Source: a virus (lineage: Duplodnaviria; Heunggongvirae; Uroviricota; Caudoviricetes). Taken from it: a DNA stretch of 64,000 nt. Positions 36,907 to 47,206 of this stretch are shown here, one piece after another. The DNA is taken from IMG/VR virus record IMGVR_UViG_2799112923_000001; one strand, 5' to 3'. Position 1 is the stretch's first letter; every line of letters begins with the position of its first letter. Made by a program: the position numbers and the translations under genes. The notes below the pieces were generated by a model, which worked only from the letters and a program-made list of their open reading frames with translations, was not told where the DNA came from and made no database searches.

Positions 36907-39900
36907 ATGGCTAAATATTCAGTTCCTGGTATTAGATTTACTGAAATTGATAATACCATTCGTTCTAATTCTCTTCCTGGTTTGGGAATTGGTGCTATCG
37001 TAATGAAGTCCAACAAAGGACCTGTAAACCAGCGTATCTTAACATCTTCTTATGACAATTTCACCGATATTTTCGGTCAACCTGAAAATCTTGATGACTA
37101 TGGTCACTTTGCTGCCGAAAACTATTTGGCAATTTCTAACCAGTTGTTGGCTGTTCGTACCACAATGGGTGATGAAGGCTATGCCCAGATTCAATATCCA
37201 TACACCGACGCTGACTTGAAGGATGTTTATCGTTCAAAAGATACATCTAACTTTAAGTACATTGACAACGAAGATAACTCTAATTTGAAGTTGTTGGGTA
37301 ATTTGGAAGCAGTTACTCAGGTTTCTGCTTTGGCATCTAATGGCGAATGGAAAGTAGAACAAGCTCTATCTGCTTTCGGTGTTTACCAAAAAGCAAGTTT
37401 CGCTACCATTTATGATTTGATTAACGATAACCCACCTTCCGTTGCTGTATTCAAGAATGCAGACGAAATCATTAAGACTTCAGGTAAATATGTAGAATTT
37501 GCCACAAGAGTTAATAATAAGGGTGAAGTTGGTAAATGGTATGACGATTTGATTTTGACAAAAGATGCTTGGACATCAGGTGATATTACATCTGCTTCTT
37601 ACCAAGTATTTGACACTACCCCATTGACATACACTGTTACTGCTGAAGGTCAAGAACCAAAAACAATGAGTGGTTTCAAGACTGTATTCAGTATTCCAGC
37701 CGAAGATACATTGAATCAAGAAGGTGTAACATTAACAGCATACTATAACGAAGAATTTTATGCTGACAAATTGAGTGCTAATGCCGATTTGTTGTATACT
37801 GATTTGTTCGCTAGTGCTAACTTCTATTCACCAGCTGATACTGTAATGTCAAAAGAACCAAAAGATGCTATCAAGGTTCAATTTAGAGATTGGGATGATT
37901 GTGTAAACAAAACATTCTATGTTCTTCAAAAAGACTTTACAGCAACTTCTGCTCAGGCCGTTGGTATTCAGTACCGTGAATATGGTATGAACACATTACA
38001 AGAAGCCTTGGCTATGTTTGAAGAAGATACACTTGAAGTTAAATTCAAAGAATTAAGCAAGATTTCTACCATGACCAAACAACAAATGAGAGATGAATAT
38101 AACTTTGATGGTACTGGTATGGAAAAGATTAACGAACTTGCTGACCAATATGGTTGTGATTCTTCCGAACTTCTTGCTAATGAAACCTATGGGTTGCTAA
38201 CATACTTTGATGTATGGGAAGGTAAACAATACGATAATGAAGAATACGAAGGTAATGTAATAAATGTTGCCGTTGAAAAGGTTATCTATAAAGATGACTG
38301 GACAAAATTCACTTCAAAGAATGGTGGAGCAAACTTTGACGAAAAGTTGTTCTGGACCGTCGCTGAAAAGAACGCAAAAACACCTACAACTCTTTCTGTA
38401 TATGTTGCTGACGCACCTGAAGGTGTTGTAATTCCTTGGCAAGAAAATACTACAAAAGACAACGATGACCCAGTCAACAAGATGGCTGCTTTCGCAACAA
38501 GTGAAATCTTGAATGGTACAAATGAAAGATACAAAGATGGTTACACTGTTTCCATTGAATCTGATGACGAACCAGGTAATGGTGACGTAGAACAATATGT
38601 ATCTAACAAGGCTAACCAGTTGATTATCGCATCTATTGGTCCTGGTGAATATGGTAATGATGTTGGTGTTTCTATTATCACACCTGAATGTGAAGAAATT
38701 CCTGCATTGAACCACCAGAACGCATTTAACTGGAAATATCGTTATGATGATGAAGATAAGGTAGATAGTGATGACCAGGCAATTCAAGATTCTTTGACTT
38801 GGAAGAAGGTCTATCGTATCAATGTTTATGTAAAGACCAAATCACAAACTGCTGAAACTGCTTGGGGAACCGGTATGGATGCTCTCTTGAAAGACCCTGC
38901 CGAATCTTGGTATGTTTCTAATGACCCAACTGCAAAAGACGCAGAAGGTAATAGTTTGTATGCTCCAAACGTCATTAACGGTCATTCCGAATACATCTAT
39001 GTTTCTCGTAATTCTGTAAACGAAGCAAGAACCGGTGCAGGTACCTATGCTATGCCACATCAGACCTTCGCTATCTATGGATTGACCGGTGGTTCTAACT
39101 CAAAGAAGAACAATGTAACTGAAAAGATTGCTGGTTTGAAACTCTATACAGATAGACAGAAAGCCGATTTTGACATTTTGTTCAATGTTGAAGCCATTGA
39201 CACATTCAATGGAAAACAGAGATACTCTGCTCTCCAAAGAAGAATTGCCGAAATTGCTGCTAGCAGAACTATTGACATTGGTGTAGTTCAGGTAACATCA
39301 AGAGAAGCTAAATCTGTTAAGAGAATGCTTGGTGAAGCTAAAATGTTCGCATTTAACAATGGTACCTATGTAGCCGAATATGCTGGCTATGACAAGTATT
39401 ACAATGGAACACTTGCTTCTTGGATTTACTTGCCTAAATCTGTTGCTGGTGCTTGCCGTATGGCTTATTGTGATATGACAGGTTATCCTTGGTATGCTCC
39501 TGCTGGTGTACAGCGTGGTAACATTACTTATACCAACGGTCCATTAACTCGTTTGACCGACCCTGAAATTGGTCAGTTGTATGACATCAATGTTAATACA
39601 TCAAGAGATTGTGCCGGTTATGGTGAATGCTTATACGGACAAAAGACTGCTTTGAAGAAAGACTCCGCATTGAATAGAATCAATGTTCGTAGATGCTTGA
39701 ACTACATTGAAAAGGTTCTTGAAACTATGATGCTCCCTTACTTGTTCCAGCAGAATACTGCTAACACAAGAAGTGCCGCTAGAAACTCTATTGATGCTTT
39801 CTTGAACCGTGTACAAGCAGCTGAAGGTATTGAACAATATGCTCTATCTGTAACACAAGATAGTGAAGACCCACATATTATGAATGTTGCTATTAGAGTT

Positions 39901-39984
39901 GTTCCTGCTGAAGCCATTGAATTCATTGATGTTACAATTACTGTTGATAGAAATACTGGTGTAACAACCAATGAAACAATGTAA
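36907..39984 (+). CDS. Tail sheath protein, T4 gp18-like, with large insertion
   Basis: SVPGIRFTEID, KGPVNQ, IFGQP, PWYAPAGVQRG, LYGQKT, LNRINVRRCL, PAEAIEFI. Confidence 0.92.
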   Translation: MAKYSVPGIRFTEIDNTIRSNSLPGLGIGAIVMKSNKGPVNQRILTSSYDNFTDIFGQPENLDDYGHFAAENYLAISNQLLAVRTTMGDEGYAQIQYPYTDADLKDVYRSKDTSNFKYIDNEDNSNLKLLGNLEAVTQVSALASNGEWKVEQALSAFGVYQKASFATIYDLINDNPPSVAVFKNADEIIKTSGKYVEFATRVNNKGEVGKWYDDLILTKDAWTSGDITSASYQVFDTTPLTYTVTAEGQEPKTMSGFKTVFSIPAEDTLNQEGVTLTAYYNEEFYADKLSANADLLYTDLFASANFYSPADTVMSKEPKDAIKVQFRDWDDCVNKTFYVLQKDFTATSAQAVGIQYREYGMNTLQEALAMFEEDTLEVKFKELSKISTMTKQQMRDEYNFDGTGMEKINELADQYGCDSSELLANETYGLLTYFDVWEGKQYDNEEYEGNVINVAVEKVIYKDDWTKFTSKNGGANFDEKLFWTVAEKNAKTPTTLSVYVADAPEGVVIPWQENTTKDNDDPVNKMAAFATSEILNGTNERYKDGYTVSIESDDEPGNGDVEQYVSNKANQLIIASIGPGEYGNDVGVSIITPECEEIPALNHQNAFNWKYRYDDEDKVDSDDQAIQDSLTWKKVYRINVYVKTKSQTAETAWGTGMDALLKDPAESWYVSNDPTAKDAEGNSLYAPNVINGHSEYIYVSRNSVNEARTGAGTYAMPHQTFAIYGLTGGSNSKKNNVTEKIAGLKLYTDRQKADFDILFNVEAIDTFNGKQRYSALQRRIAEIAASRTIDIGVVQVTSREAKSVKRMLGEAKMFAFNNGTYVAEYAGYDKYYNGTLASWIYLPKSVAGACRMAYCDMTGYPWYAPAGVQRGNITYTNGPLTRLTDPEIGQLYDINVNTSRDCAGYGECLYGQKTALKKDSALNRINVRRCLNYIEKVLETMMLPYLFQQNTANTRSAARNSIDAFLNRVQAAEGIEQYALSVTQDSEDPHIMNVAIRVVPAEAIEFIDVTITVDRNTGVTTNETM

Positions 39985-40006
39985 TACATTCAAAACAAAT
40001 TAAACA

Positions 40007-40049
40007 AAAACCTCGGGTTAGTAGCCCGGGGTTTTCTTGTTCATAAATA
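40007..40049 (+). promoter_or_regulatory. Terminator followed by late promoter
   Basis: AAACCTCGGG..CCCGGGGTTTT then CATAAATA. Confidence 0.7.
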
Positions 40050-40053
40050 GTAT

Positions 40054-40374
40054 ATGACTAAATTAGAATTGAAACAACATACAAAAGAACTTTATGAATC
40101 AGTTTTAGATTTATTACAAACAAAAGAAAATATAGAATTAGCCTTGTATGAAGGTGGTATCTTTGATGACGAATTCATTAAAGCCCAAATTCTTTTGATT
40201 AGTTATTTTCATCTAGCTGATGTTCCAACCGAAGTTCTTGAAAAGAGTTTGGATTGTAATATACCAAACCGAATTTATGAAGTATTTTATAAACACATTC
40301 AAAATGAATGGCTAAAACGAGCATATAGAGAAATTGGTGAAACAATTACAGAAATTGAGAATATGAAGGATTAA
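40054..40374 (+). CDS. Hypothetical protein
   Basis: ORF directly after a late promoter. Confidence 0.65.
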   Translation: MTKLELKQHTKELYESVLDLLQTKENIELALYEGGIFDDEFIKAQILLISYFHLADVPTEVLEKSLDCNIPNRIYEVFYKHIQNEWLKRAYREIGETITEIENMKD

Positions 40375-40376
40375 CT

Positions 40377-40904
40377 ATGGCGATGTTTAATAACAATTAT
40401 TTGAAGGGTACATTTAGTCCAAAACACCCTGAGAAATGTTTGAATTTGAATGGTAGAGTTCAAGGCCACCCAATTACATTTCGTTCCAGTTATGAAAAGA
40501 TAATGGCGAATTGGTTGGATTTGAATAACAACATTTTGGAATGGGGAAGTGAAATAACTGAGATTCCTTATTTCTCTCAAATAGATGGTAAATCTCACAG
40601 ATACATTACTGACTTTCAGTTTACCTGCAAAACAAAAGATGGTGAATTAGAAAAATGGTTGATTGAAGTAAAACCCAGTTCTCAGGTTCCTAGATTGGAT
40701 GAATGTGGTCAGATCATTTTTCCAAAATTAGAACCCACAGCTCGCGGTAAACTGAATCAAAAACGCATTGATAGATGGCAGGAATACTGTAATGTTTTGA
40801 AGAAAAATCACGAAAAATGGACAGCCGCAAGAGATTGGTGTAGAAGAAATGGATTTAAGTTTAAAGTTGTAACTGATGTTGAATTGGGATTGACACGCAA
40901 ATAA
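40377..40904 (+). CDS. Head completion nuclease, T4 gp4-like (TnsA-like PD-(D/E)xK)
   Basis: YLKGTFSPKHPEK, ITFRSSYE, WGSE, HRYITDF, LIEVKP, KWTAARDWC. Confidence 0.85.
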   Translation: MAMFNNNYLKGTFSPKHPEKCLNLNGRVQGHPITFRSSYEKIMANWLDLNNNILEWGSEITEIPYFSQIDGKSHRYITDFQFTCKTKDGELEKWLIEVKPSSQVPRLDECGQIIFPKLEPTARGKLNQKRIDRWQEYCNVLKKNHEKWTAARDWCRRNGFKFKVVTDVELGLTRK

Positions 40905-40972
40905 ATAAATTGTATATTATTGTTTGTTGGTGAAGTTGAAATATAAAGGGTATTTCAAATGAGGTCTCAATT

Positions 40973-41173
40973 ATGACAGATGAAGAATATCAAATAATGA
41001 AGAAGTTCATGGCTGACCAAATAAAAGAAATTGAAGTTCAAAAATGGTTAGAAGGTGAACGCAGGGGTTGTGACCCAGGTGAAGAGTTTGTAACACAATG
41101 GATTGCGGAACACGCAGCCGAATTTAGAATCAGATGGGAGAAGGATAACAATGTCAAAAACACTAACAATTAG
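40973..41173 (+). CDS. Small hypothetical protein (DUF4032-like)
   Basis: GAGG SD; EIEVQKWLEGERRGCDPG...WIAEHAAEFR. Confidence 0.6.
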   Translation: MTDEEYQIMKKFMADQIKEIEVQKWLEGERRGCDPGEEFVTQWIAEHAAEFRIRWEKDNNVKNTNN

Positions 41174-42021
41174 TGTATGTGGTGGTGGTGCTTTAGGTAT
41201 TCGGACCTTTAGCATTTCTCTGTAAATTAGAACAAGATTTGGGTAAAAAGATTACCGATGTATCTTTTGCCTATGCTGGTACTTCAACTGGTGCGATTAT
41301 TGCTGCTGGTCTAGCCGAAGGATATTCCGCACACGATTTATTTGACCTCTATAAAAACAACCTCAAAAAGATATTCACCACTTATAGCTGGTATAAGAGA
41401 ATCCAACCAAAATGCCCAACTTACGATAACACCAACCTTACCAAAATTCTTAAAGATAAATTTAAGGGAAAATGCGGTGATTGGAAGAAACCTGTATATA
41501 TTCCAACAACCTGCACAAATATACAGAATGTGGAAAAAGTTTGGGACTTGGGTGATAAAGATATAGATAAATGGTTTGCTATTCTTTCTAGTACTGCCGC
41601 ACCAACATATTTTGATTGTGTATATGATAAAAACAAGAACTGCTATATTGATGGTGGTATGTGGAAAAACTGCCCAATAGACGTTCTTAACGCTGGCTTA
41701 ATGAAATCCGGTTGGTCTAACTATAAAATCCTAAATCTTGACACAGGTATGACTACACCAAACAATGAGAGTGGAAATAAGACCTTATTGGGTTGGGCAG
41801 AGTATTTGTTTAGTCATTGGATTGCTAGAACAAGTTATTCAGGAGTTTATGAATGTAAGTCCATTTTGGGTGATGATGCAGTATTCCACGCCAGTCCATA
41901 TCACCAAAAGAAGATAAAAATGGATAAAACTGATAATGATACTATAAATCAAATAGTGGATATTTGGACTAACTATTATTATGCTAATCGCTCTAAAATC
42001 CTAGAATTTATGAAATCTTAA
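41151..42021 (+). CDS. Patatin-like phospholipase; +1 frameshift at 41202
   Basis: ATG 41151 frame gives the oxyanion loop SVCGGGALGI then CGG; +1 frame continues GPLAFLCKLE..., GTSTG, SSTAAPTYF, DGG. Confidence 0.88.
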
Positions 42022-42125
42022 CTCAGTCATTAAAAATCTCACAATAGAATGGTAGATTTGTTCAGTCTACCATTCTTTTTTTATAAATACATTATAGAAA
42101 ATATAACCAAAAATAGAGGTTTAAA

Positions 42126-42878
42126 ATGGCAGATTTTAAGAAATTATTTAACGAACAATGTAGTTCACCTGTGGACTGCAACCTATTGGAAGAAGCAGTA
42201 GGTAACATTAAAGAACAGCACATGTATATCTCAGGTCCATTCTTACAGGCCGAAGATAGAAATAGAAATGGTAGAATTTATCCACAAAAGATTATTGAGA
42301 GAGAAGTTAAACAATATAACCAACTCATTGAATCTCACGAAGCATTGGGTGAATTAGACCACCCTGATTACGCAGAAATTAAATCAAAAGCCGCTGCTAT
42401 TCGTATCACCCAGCTTGCTATGGATGGTAAACTTGCTATGGGTAAAGCATTGGTTCTTGACACTCGTAATGGTAAAGAATTACAAGCACTTTTGAAAGGT
42501 GGTTGTAAGATGGGAGTTTCTTCCCGTGGTACAGGTAATTTGCTTGAAGGTAACATTGTAGCCGATGACTATCACATGGTTACTATTGATGCAGTTTATA
42601 TGCCTTCCGCACAGGTTGCTTATTGTGATGCTATGTACGAATCTGTACAACAAACTACCGAATGGGTATTGAATGAATCCCTTGGTTTGTATGTTGAAAA
42701 AGAAGTAGAAGGTGGTGTAATCTCTAACGCTGACCAAATGGTAAATAATATCCAGGTTACTTCTCCACAGAAAGCCGAACAAATCATTCGTGCTACTGAA
42801 ACATTCAATAAGAAGATTGACAGAAAGGGTTCAAGAGAAATCAAGAATGCTTTCAATGAATGGTTCAAAACCCTTTAA
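42126..42878 (+). CDS. Prohead core protease, T4 gp21-like
   Basis: ISGPFLQAEDRNRNGRIYP, ALGELDHP, GVSSRGTG, DAVYMPSA; TATAAATA upstream. Confidence 0.92.
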   Translation: MADFKKLFNEQCSSPVDCNLLEEAVGNIKEQHMYISGPFLQAEDRNRNGRIYPQKIIEREVKQYNQLIESHEALGELDHPDYAEIKSKAAAIRITQLAMDGKLAMGKALVLDTRNGKELQALLKGGCKMGVSSRGTGNLLEGNIVADDYHMVTIDAVYMPSAQVAYCDAMYESVQQTTEWVLNESLGLYVEKEVEGGVISNADQMVNNIQVTSPQKAEQIIRATETFNKKIDRKGSREIKNAFNEWFKTL

Positions 42879-43447
42879 TATATGGAGAAAAATACAATGA
42901 ATTTATACGAGAGAGATTTACCAGGTGAATATAATTTAAAGACTAATTTTTCTAAAGATGCTTATAAAGCATTCCTTGATAAATTAAAAACAGATTACCC
43001 TGAATTAGTTACAATTTTCAAAAATGATGATTACTATGGTTATGGTACTTGGTTCTATGAAAAAGCCTTTGATTTCTATACAGAAAATGAAGGCGAAATT
43101 AATTGGAATAATTTAGACAAATTTGTTCAAGACTTTCTTGAAACGGAAGGAAATTCTTTTATCCATATTCTTGATAATGTTAAAAAGAAAGAAGATAAAA
43201 CGAGAGATGCTAGAAGAACTGGTAAAGTAGATGGCAAGAAAGTTTGGCATTGGGATTATGAAGATGACCCCGATGATGGAACTAGACGCCAGTTTAAAGC
43301 TGATGGTGTAAATCCTGTAGATGGAACCTATGATGGTGTTTATGAATCTACCAAACTAAAAGAAGCCATAGACATTCTTGAACAGCAGGGTTATCGTGTT
43401 GTTCTTAATGAAGAATGGTTCAAAACCCTTTAATATATGGAGAAAAA
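42858..43447. repeat. 35-bp direct repeat flanking gene 42897-43433
   Basis: gaatggttcaaaaccctttaatatatggagaaaaa at 42858-42892 and 43413-43447. Confidence 0.9.
42897..43433 (+). CDS. Probable internal head protein
   Basis: GGAG SD; LKEAIDILEQQGYRVVLNE motif; ends EWFKTL like gp21. Confidence 0.65.
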   Translation: MNLYERDLPGEYNLKTNFSKDAYKAFLDKLKTDYPELVTIFKNDDYYGYGTWFYEKAFDFYTENEGEINWNNLDKFVQDFLETEGNSFIHILDNVKKKEDKTRDARRTGKVDGKKVWHWDYEDDPDDGTRRQFKADGVNPVDGTYDGVYESTKLKEAIDILEQQGYRVVLNEEWFKTL

Positions 43448-44629
43448 ATGCTAACAAATTTCTTAAAGAATTGGATTGCTGATATAGTTTGTACCGTAGC
43501 CAAAGGTCTCGGTTTAACCAAAGACAATGTTAAAATGCAAGCAGATGATAAAGTGTTTGAAGCAACCATTACATTTGACAATGGTACTGAGTATGTTTAT
43601 TACATTTCTCCAGGTGAAGATGAAAATGGTCAAGTAGTTTTCATTGATAGAATTGATGGTAAAGGTGCTACAAAAGAATGTAGAACTAAATCACAAATGA
43701 TTGATTTCTTAACAAATGACATCAATACTGGGTTGGTTGCCGAAGCCACAGAAATTCTTGAACAACAAGGTTATCGTGTAGTTCTTAATGAATCTGTAAT
43801 GAACGAAACTGCAAAAGATGAAATTGAAAATAAGATTTATGAATTAGCAGAAGAATTCGGTCATGGTGTAAGTGAACAGGGTAATGGTTATTTAATCTAT
43901 AACAACAATATAGCTGTTGAAGATGATGAAGAATTTAGAGATAAACTTGAAAAAGAATTAGGCTCTACCATTGGTTATGACGATGATGGTGATGGTAATT
44001 TGTTTGTATGGATTAAAGATATAATTGAATCTACACAAATTGATGAAGCCATTAACAACCCTGACGAACCTGCTTCAAAGAAACAATTATGGGCATTGTT
44101 CTGTATCACTAAACAAGACTGGCGTGATAAAAACTTAACAAAGGGCGAAGCCTCCGAACTAATCCAAAAGTATTCAGGTGAAAGAACTACACAAAATAAA
44201 GAAGCATTATCTACAAATTCAATTAAGAAAGATATAATTCAAAATCTTAAACCAAAACTTGATAAACAAATGGCAAAAGCATTTGGTATGCAATCTGTTG
44301 TTGGTGATGCTGACCTAGAAGGTAATTTAATTCCTGGTCGCAAGAGATATAAATTCTTTGGTAGTGGTTGCGGTTGGGCATGGGTTAAATATGACAAACG
44401 CAATAAGAAACTTGGTGAAGTTCTTGACAAATATGATGACGTCTATCGCAAAGGATTTTTTGAAAAATTTGCCAATGAATACATAAAGAAATACAAAGAG
44501 AGAGAATTGGGTGCTGTATTAAGCCAGGATATTGACATTCAATGTATCATTAAACAAGCTGCTTTGGATTATGCTGAATCTATTGGTATTAATACTAAAG
44601 GTGCTTATGTAAATTCTCGTTTGGATTAA
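43448..44629 (+). CDS. Multi-module probable internal head protein
   Basis: GGAG SD before ATG 43448; EATEILEQQGYRVVLNES; PASKKQL..LTKGEASELI; GCGWAWV. Confidence 0.65.
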   Translation: MLTNFLKNWIADIVCTVAKGLGLTKDNVKMQADDKVFEATITFDNGTEYVYYISPGEDENGQVVFIDRIDGKGATKECRTKSQMIDFLTNDINTGLVAEATEILEQQGYRVVLNESVMNETAKDEIENKIYELAEEFGHGVSEQGNGYLIYNNNIAVEDDEEFRDKLEKELGSTIGYDDDGDGNLFVWIKDIIESTQIDEAINNPDEPASKKQLWALFCITKQDWRDKNLTKGEASELIQKYSGERTTQNKEALSTNSIKKDIIQNLKPKLDKQMAKAFGMQSVVGDADLEGNLIPGRKRYKFFGSGCGWAWVKYDKRNKKLGEVLDKYDDVYRKGFFEKFANEYIKKYKERELGAVLSQDIDIQCIIKQAALDYAESIGINTKGAYVNSRLD

Positions 44630-44635
44630 GAGGAT

Positions 44636-46015
44636 ATGAATATGGATAATTTCACATTTAGACAATACTTAAAAGAATCTGGTTATGACAAAATGACATA
44701 CCAGGAAGAAGTCTATACAACTTGTTTGGGTTTAGGTAATTACCAAAACATTGACCTTTACTATCAAGATGAAATTGACGAAGCATACGAACAAAATGTT
44801 CCAGTCAATGAATTAGCAGCTAAACTCTGTGCCCAATTTGATAAAGATTATGGCACACCAAAACCTGAAGAAATTCCTGAGTTTGAAGAGGAAGAATACT
44901 CACAAGAAACTTTGGATGCTATGGCCGATTACCCACAAGACGAATTTAATGAAGCCACAGAAACCGAAGAAACATTTGATGACTGGAAGGGTTATGTTTT
45001 CAAATACTTGGATAAACGAGTAGATGTAAACAAAATAAAAGATTTGGGAACATACATTAAAGACTTCGTTAAGCAAGAATGGGATAATGGTGAACCTTCT
45101 TGGTTCGCAGCTGCAGAATCCATTGTAAACTATGCTCGTACAAATTTCCCAGATGCTATAAAAGACAGAAGTTATGCTACCACTATCACAGAATCTTTGG
45201 ATGGTCCTGCTACATTCACTAACGAATTAGTAAACCAATTCGTAAGATATGTTAAGAAATGGTTCACTTCTAACACCAAATACCGCGTTCTCATGTCTGA
45301 TAGTGTTACCAAAGATGGCGAACACCCATATACTCACGAAAAGAAGAAAACATACGAATTAACCTTGAGAAATGCTCCAGTTCAAACTTCACTTTATTTG
45401 GTAGTTTATTCCGACTATTGTTATATTGCCGCTGATGGAGACCGTTTCTCTACTAAATCATACAAATTCACATCCATTCAATCTTTGGATAAAGCATTGA
45501 ATATGTTGTATGATAACATTGAATCTGTATATGGTTCTCTTGACGAAGCATTCATTCAAGACGATAGAGGTAATGTTTCTATTACTGATTTAGTTGATAA
45601 GATTATGAATAAAGCTGGTATGGTAGTAGATATGGATGATGACTATACTGCAGCCGCTTACTATATTGCCGACTTCTATTCTAAACAATCTATGCCCATA
45701 AATGGAATGGTAATGTGGGGTTCTAGGGATTTGTTAAAGTTCAAGAAAATATATGACGAACAAATCCAAAATGCCAACACCAGTGAAGAAATACAAGAAT
45801 ATGAGAAAAAAGCAGTAACCGGTGTTCGTTCTATTATGCTCGGTAATCCAGGAAAGAAATGGACTTGGATTGAAGAAATAAAAGATGAAGTTCGTAAAGA
45901 AAGAAAAGCAGCAGAAGAAAAACGCAGACAAGATTATCTAAATTCCGATGAATACAAGAAATCTCAGGACCCAGGTTGGACTGGACCTCGTGGAACTTGG
46001 ACTCTCGGAACCTAA
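44636..46015 (+). CDS. Multi-module probable internal head protein
   Basis: FTFRQYLKES leader; modules separated by FNEA/ITES/LDEA. Confidence 0.6.
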   Translation: MNMDNFTFRQYLKESGYDKMTYQEEVYTTCLGLGNYQNIDLYYQDEIDEAYEQNVPVNELAAKLCAQFDKDYGTPKPEEIPEFEEEEYSQETLDAMADYPQDEFNEATETEETFDDWKGYVFKYLDKRVDVNKIKDLGTYIKDFVKQEWDNGEPSWFAAAESIVNYARTNFPDAIKDRSYATTITESLDGPATFTNELVNQFVRYVKKWFTSNTKYRVLMSDSVTKDGEHPYTHEKKKTYELTLRNAPVQTSLYLVVYSDYCYIAADGDRFSTKSYKFTSIQSLDKALNMLYDNIESVYGSLDEAFIQDDRGNVSITDLVDKIMNKAGMVVDMDDDYTAAAYYIADFYSKQSMPINGMVMWGSRDLLKFKKIYDEQIQNANTSEEIQEYEKKAVTGVRSIMLGNPGKKWTWIEEIKDEVRKERKAAEEKRRQDYLNSDEYKKSQDPGWTGPRGTWTLGT

Positions 46016-46164
46016 TCTTTATACATACTCTTGAATTTCAAATGAAGTTCTCCAATGAACTTCATTTGTTTTAAAGTTCTAAAAAATAAAAATAATTGTT
46101 ATACATAAATTATTATTTCTAAATTTAACATACCTAAAAACAATATATTGTGAGGTGAAATAAA

Positions 46165-47058
46165 ATGATTGATAAGGATACATTAAGAACAGCACGCAGA
46201 ACAGTGGAAAGAAATGGTTATACAGTTCTTCCACCTCGTGATAGAGATGAAAGAGATTTGGACCGTTTCCGCACACGCAGAGAAGTTGAAAGAGAAGATA
46301 GAGATTCTCGTCCAGCTCCTCGTTATCGTGAAGTTGTTCGTGATGAAGATGAAAAACCAGTTCGTAAGTTCAAACCACTTCGCGGTCGTGAAGATGATAT
46401 TGACTATGAAGATAAGCCAGTTCGCAGAACCCGTGAAGTAGAAGATAACTACGAAAGACCAACTCGTAGAGCCCGTGATGTTGATGACTATGAAGATAGA
46501 CCTGCTCGCAGACCAGTCCGTCAGGTAGAAGATGACTACGATGATAGACCAGTCCGTCGCCCAGCTCGTCCCGTTTATAATGAAGATGATTACGAAGAAG
46601 TTCCTCGTAAGCCAGCTCGCCGTGAAATGAACGATGACGAAAAGTTGGGAGCAGCTATTCGTACCGCAGAAGAAAACGGATTTACCATTCGTAAGATGTC
46701 AAGACTTGACCAGGCAAAGCAGATTGCCCGTGATAATGGTTATGAAGTTCGTAGAATGGAAAGACCAACACGCCCAACCGCTGCCGATGACGAGGGTAAT
46801 GATAGACCTGCCCGTCCTTCCGCAGTACGTCCACAGAGAACATTGGTTAAGCCAACTACCCAGCCAAATGTAGAGGACGGCATTCGCACACGTACCGCAC
46901 CAGATACTGAGATTGCTGGCAAGCAACCTAAGGCACCAACCGGTGTAGATGGTGGAAATGATGCAGCTCCTGAAGCCGCACCAGCTGAACCAAAGAAGAA
47001 TACATACGCAGACGATTTCATGAATCGTGCCGCTAAATTCTTTGGCGAAGAAGAATAG
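46165..47058 (+). CDS. Low-complexity Arg/Asp/Pro-rich protein
   Basis: DDYEDRPARRP-type repeats; three AxxxAxxNG[YF] motifs; GAGG SD. Confidence 0.7.
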   Translation: MIDKDTLRTARRTVERNGYTVLPPRDRDERDLDRFRTRREVEREDRDSRPAPRYREVVRDEDEKPVRKFKPLRGREDDIDYEDKPVRRTREVEDNYERPTRRARDVDDYEDRPARRPVRQVEDDYDDRPVRRPARPVYNEDDYEEVPRKPARREMNDDEKLGAAIRTAEENGFTIRKMSRLDQAKQIARDNGYEVRRMERPTRPTAADDEGNDRPARPSAVRPQRTLVKPTTQPNVEDGIRTRTAPDTEIAGKQPKAPTGVDGGNDAAPEAAPAEPKKNTYADDFMNRAAKFFGEEE

Positions 47059-47088
47059 TTCGGTTCTACGAATAAAATAAAAAATGCA

Positions 47089-47140
47089 AAAAAGCCTTCG
47101 TATGAAGGCTTTTTTCTATATTTGGGAAAAAATATAAATA
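47089..47140 (+). promoter_or_regulatory. Terminator followed by late promoter
   Basis: AAAAGCCTTC..GAAGGCTTTTTT then TATAAATA at 47133. Confidence 0.7.
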
Positions 47141-47206
47141 CTAATACCCACATAGAAAAAGATAGTGTGATTTGATTTTATTATTGTAGGTTAAAAAAGA
47201 GGATAT

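Noticed and set aside
41151-42021. CBASS-type defence operon around the patatin
   Set aside because: No cyclase or other Cap genes nearby; the neighbours are head-assembly genes.
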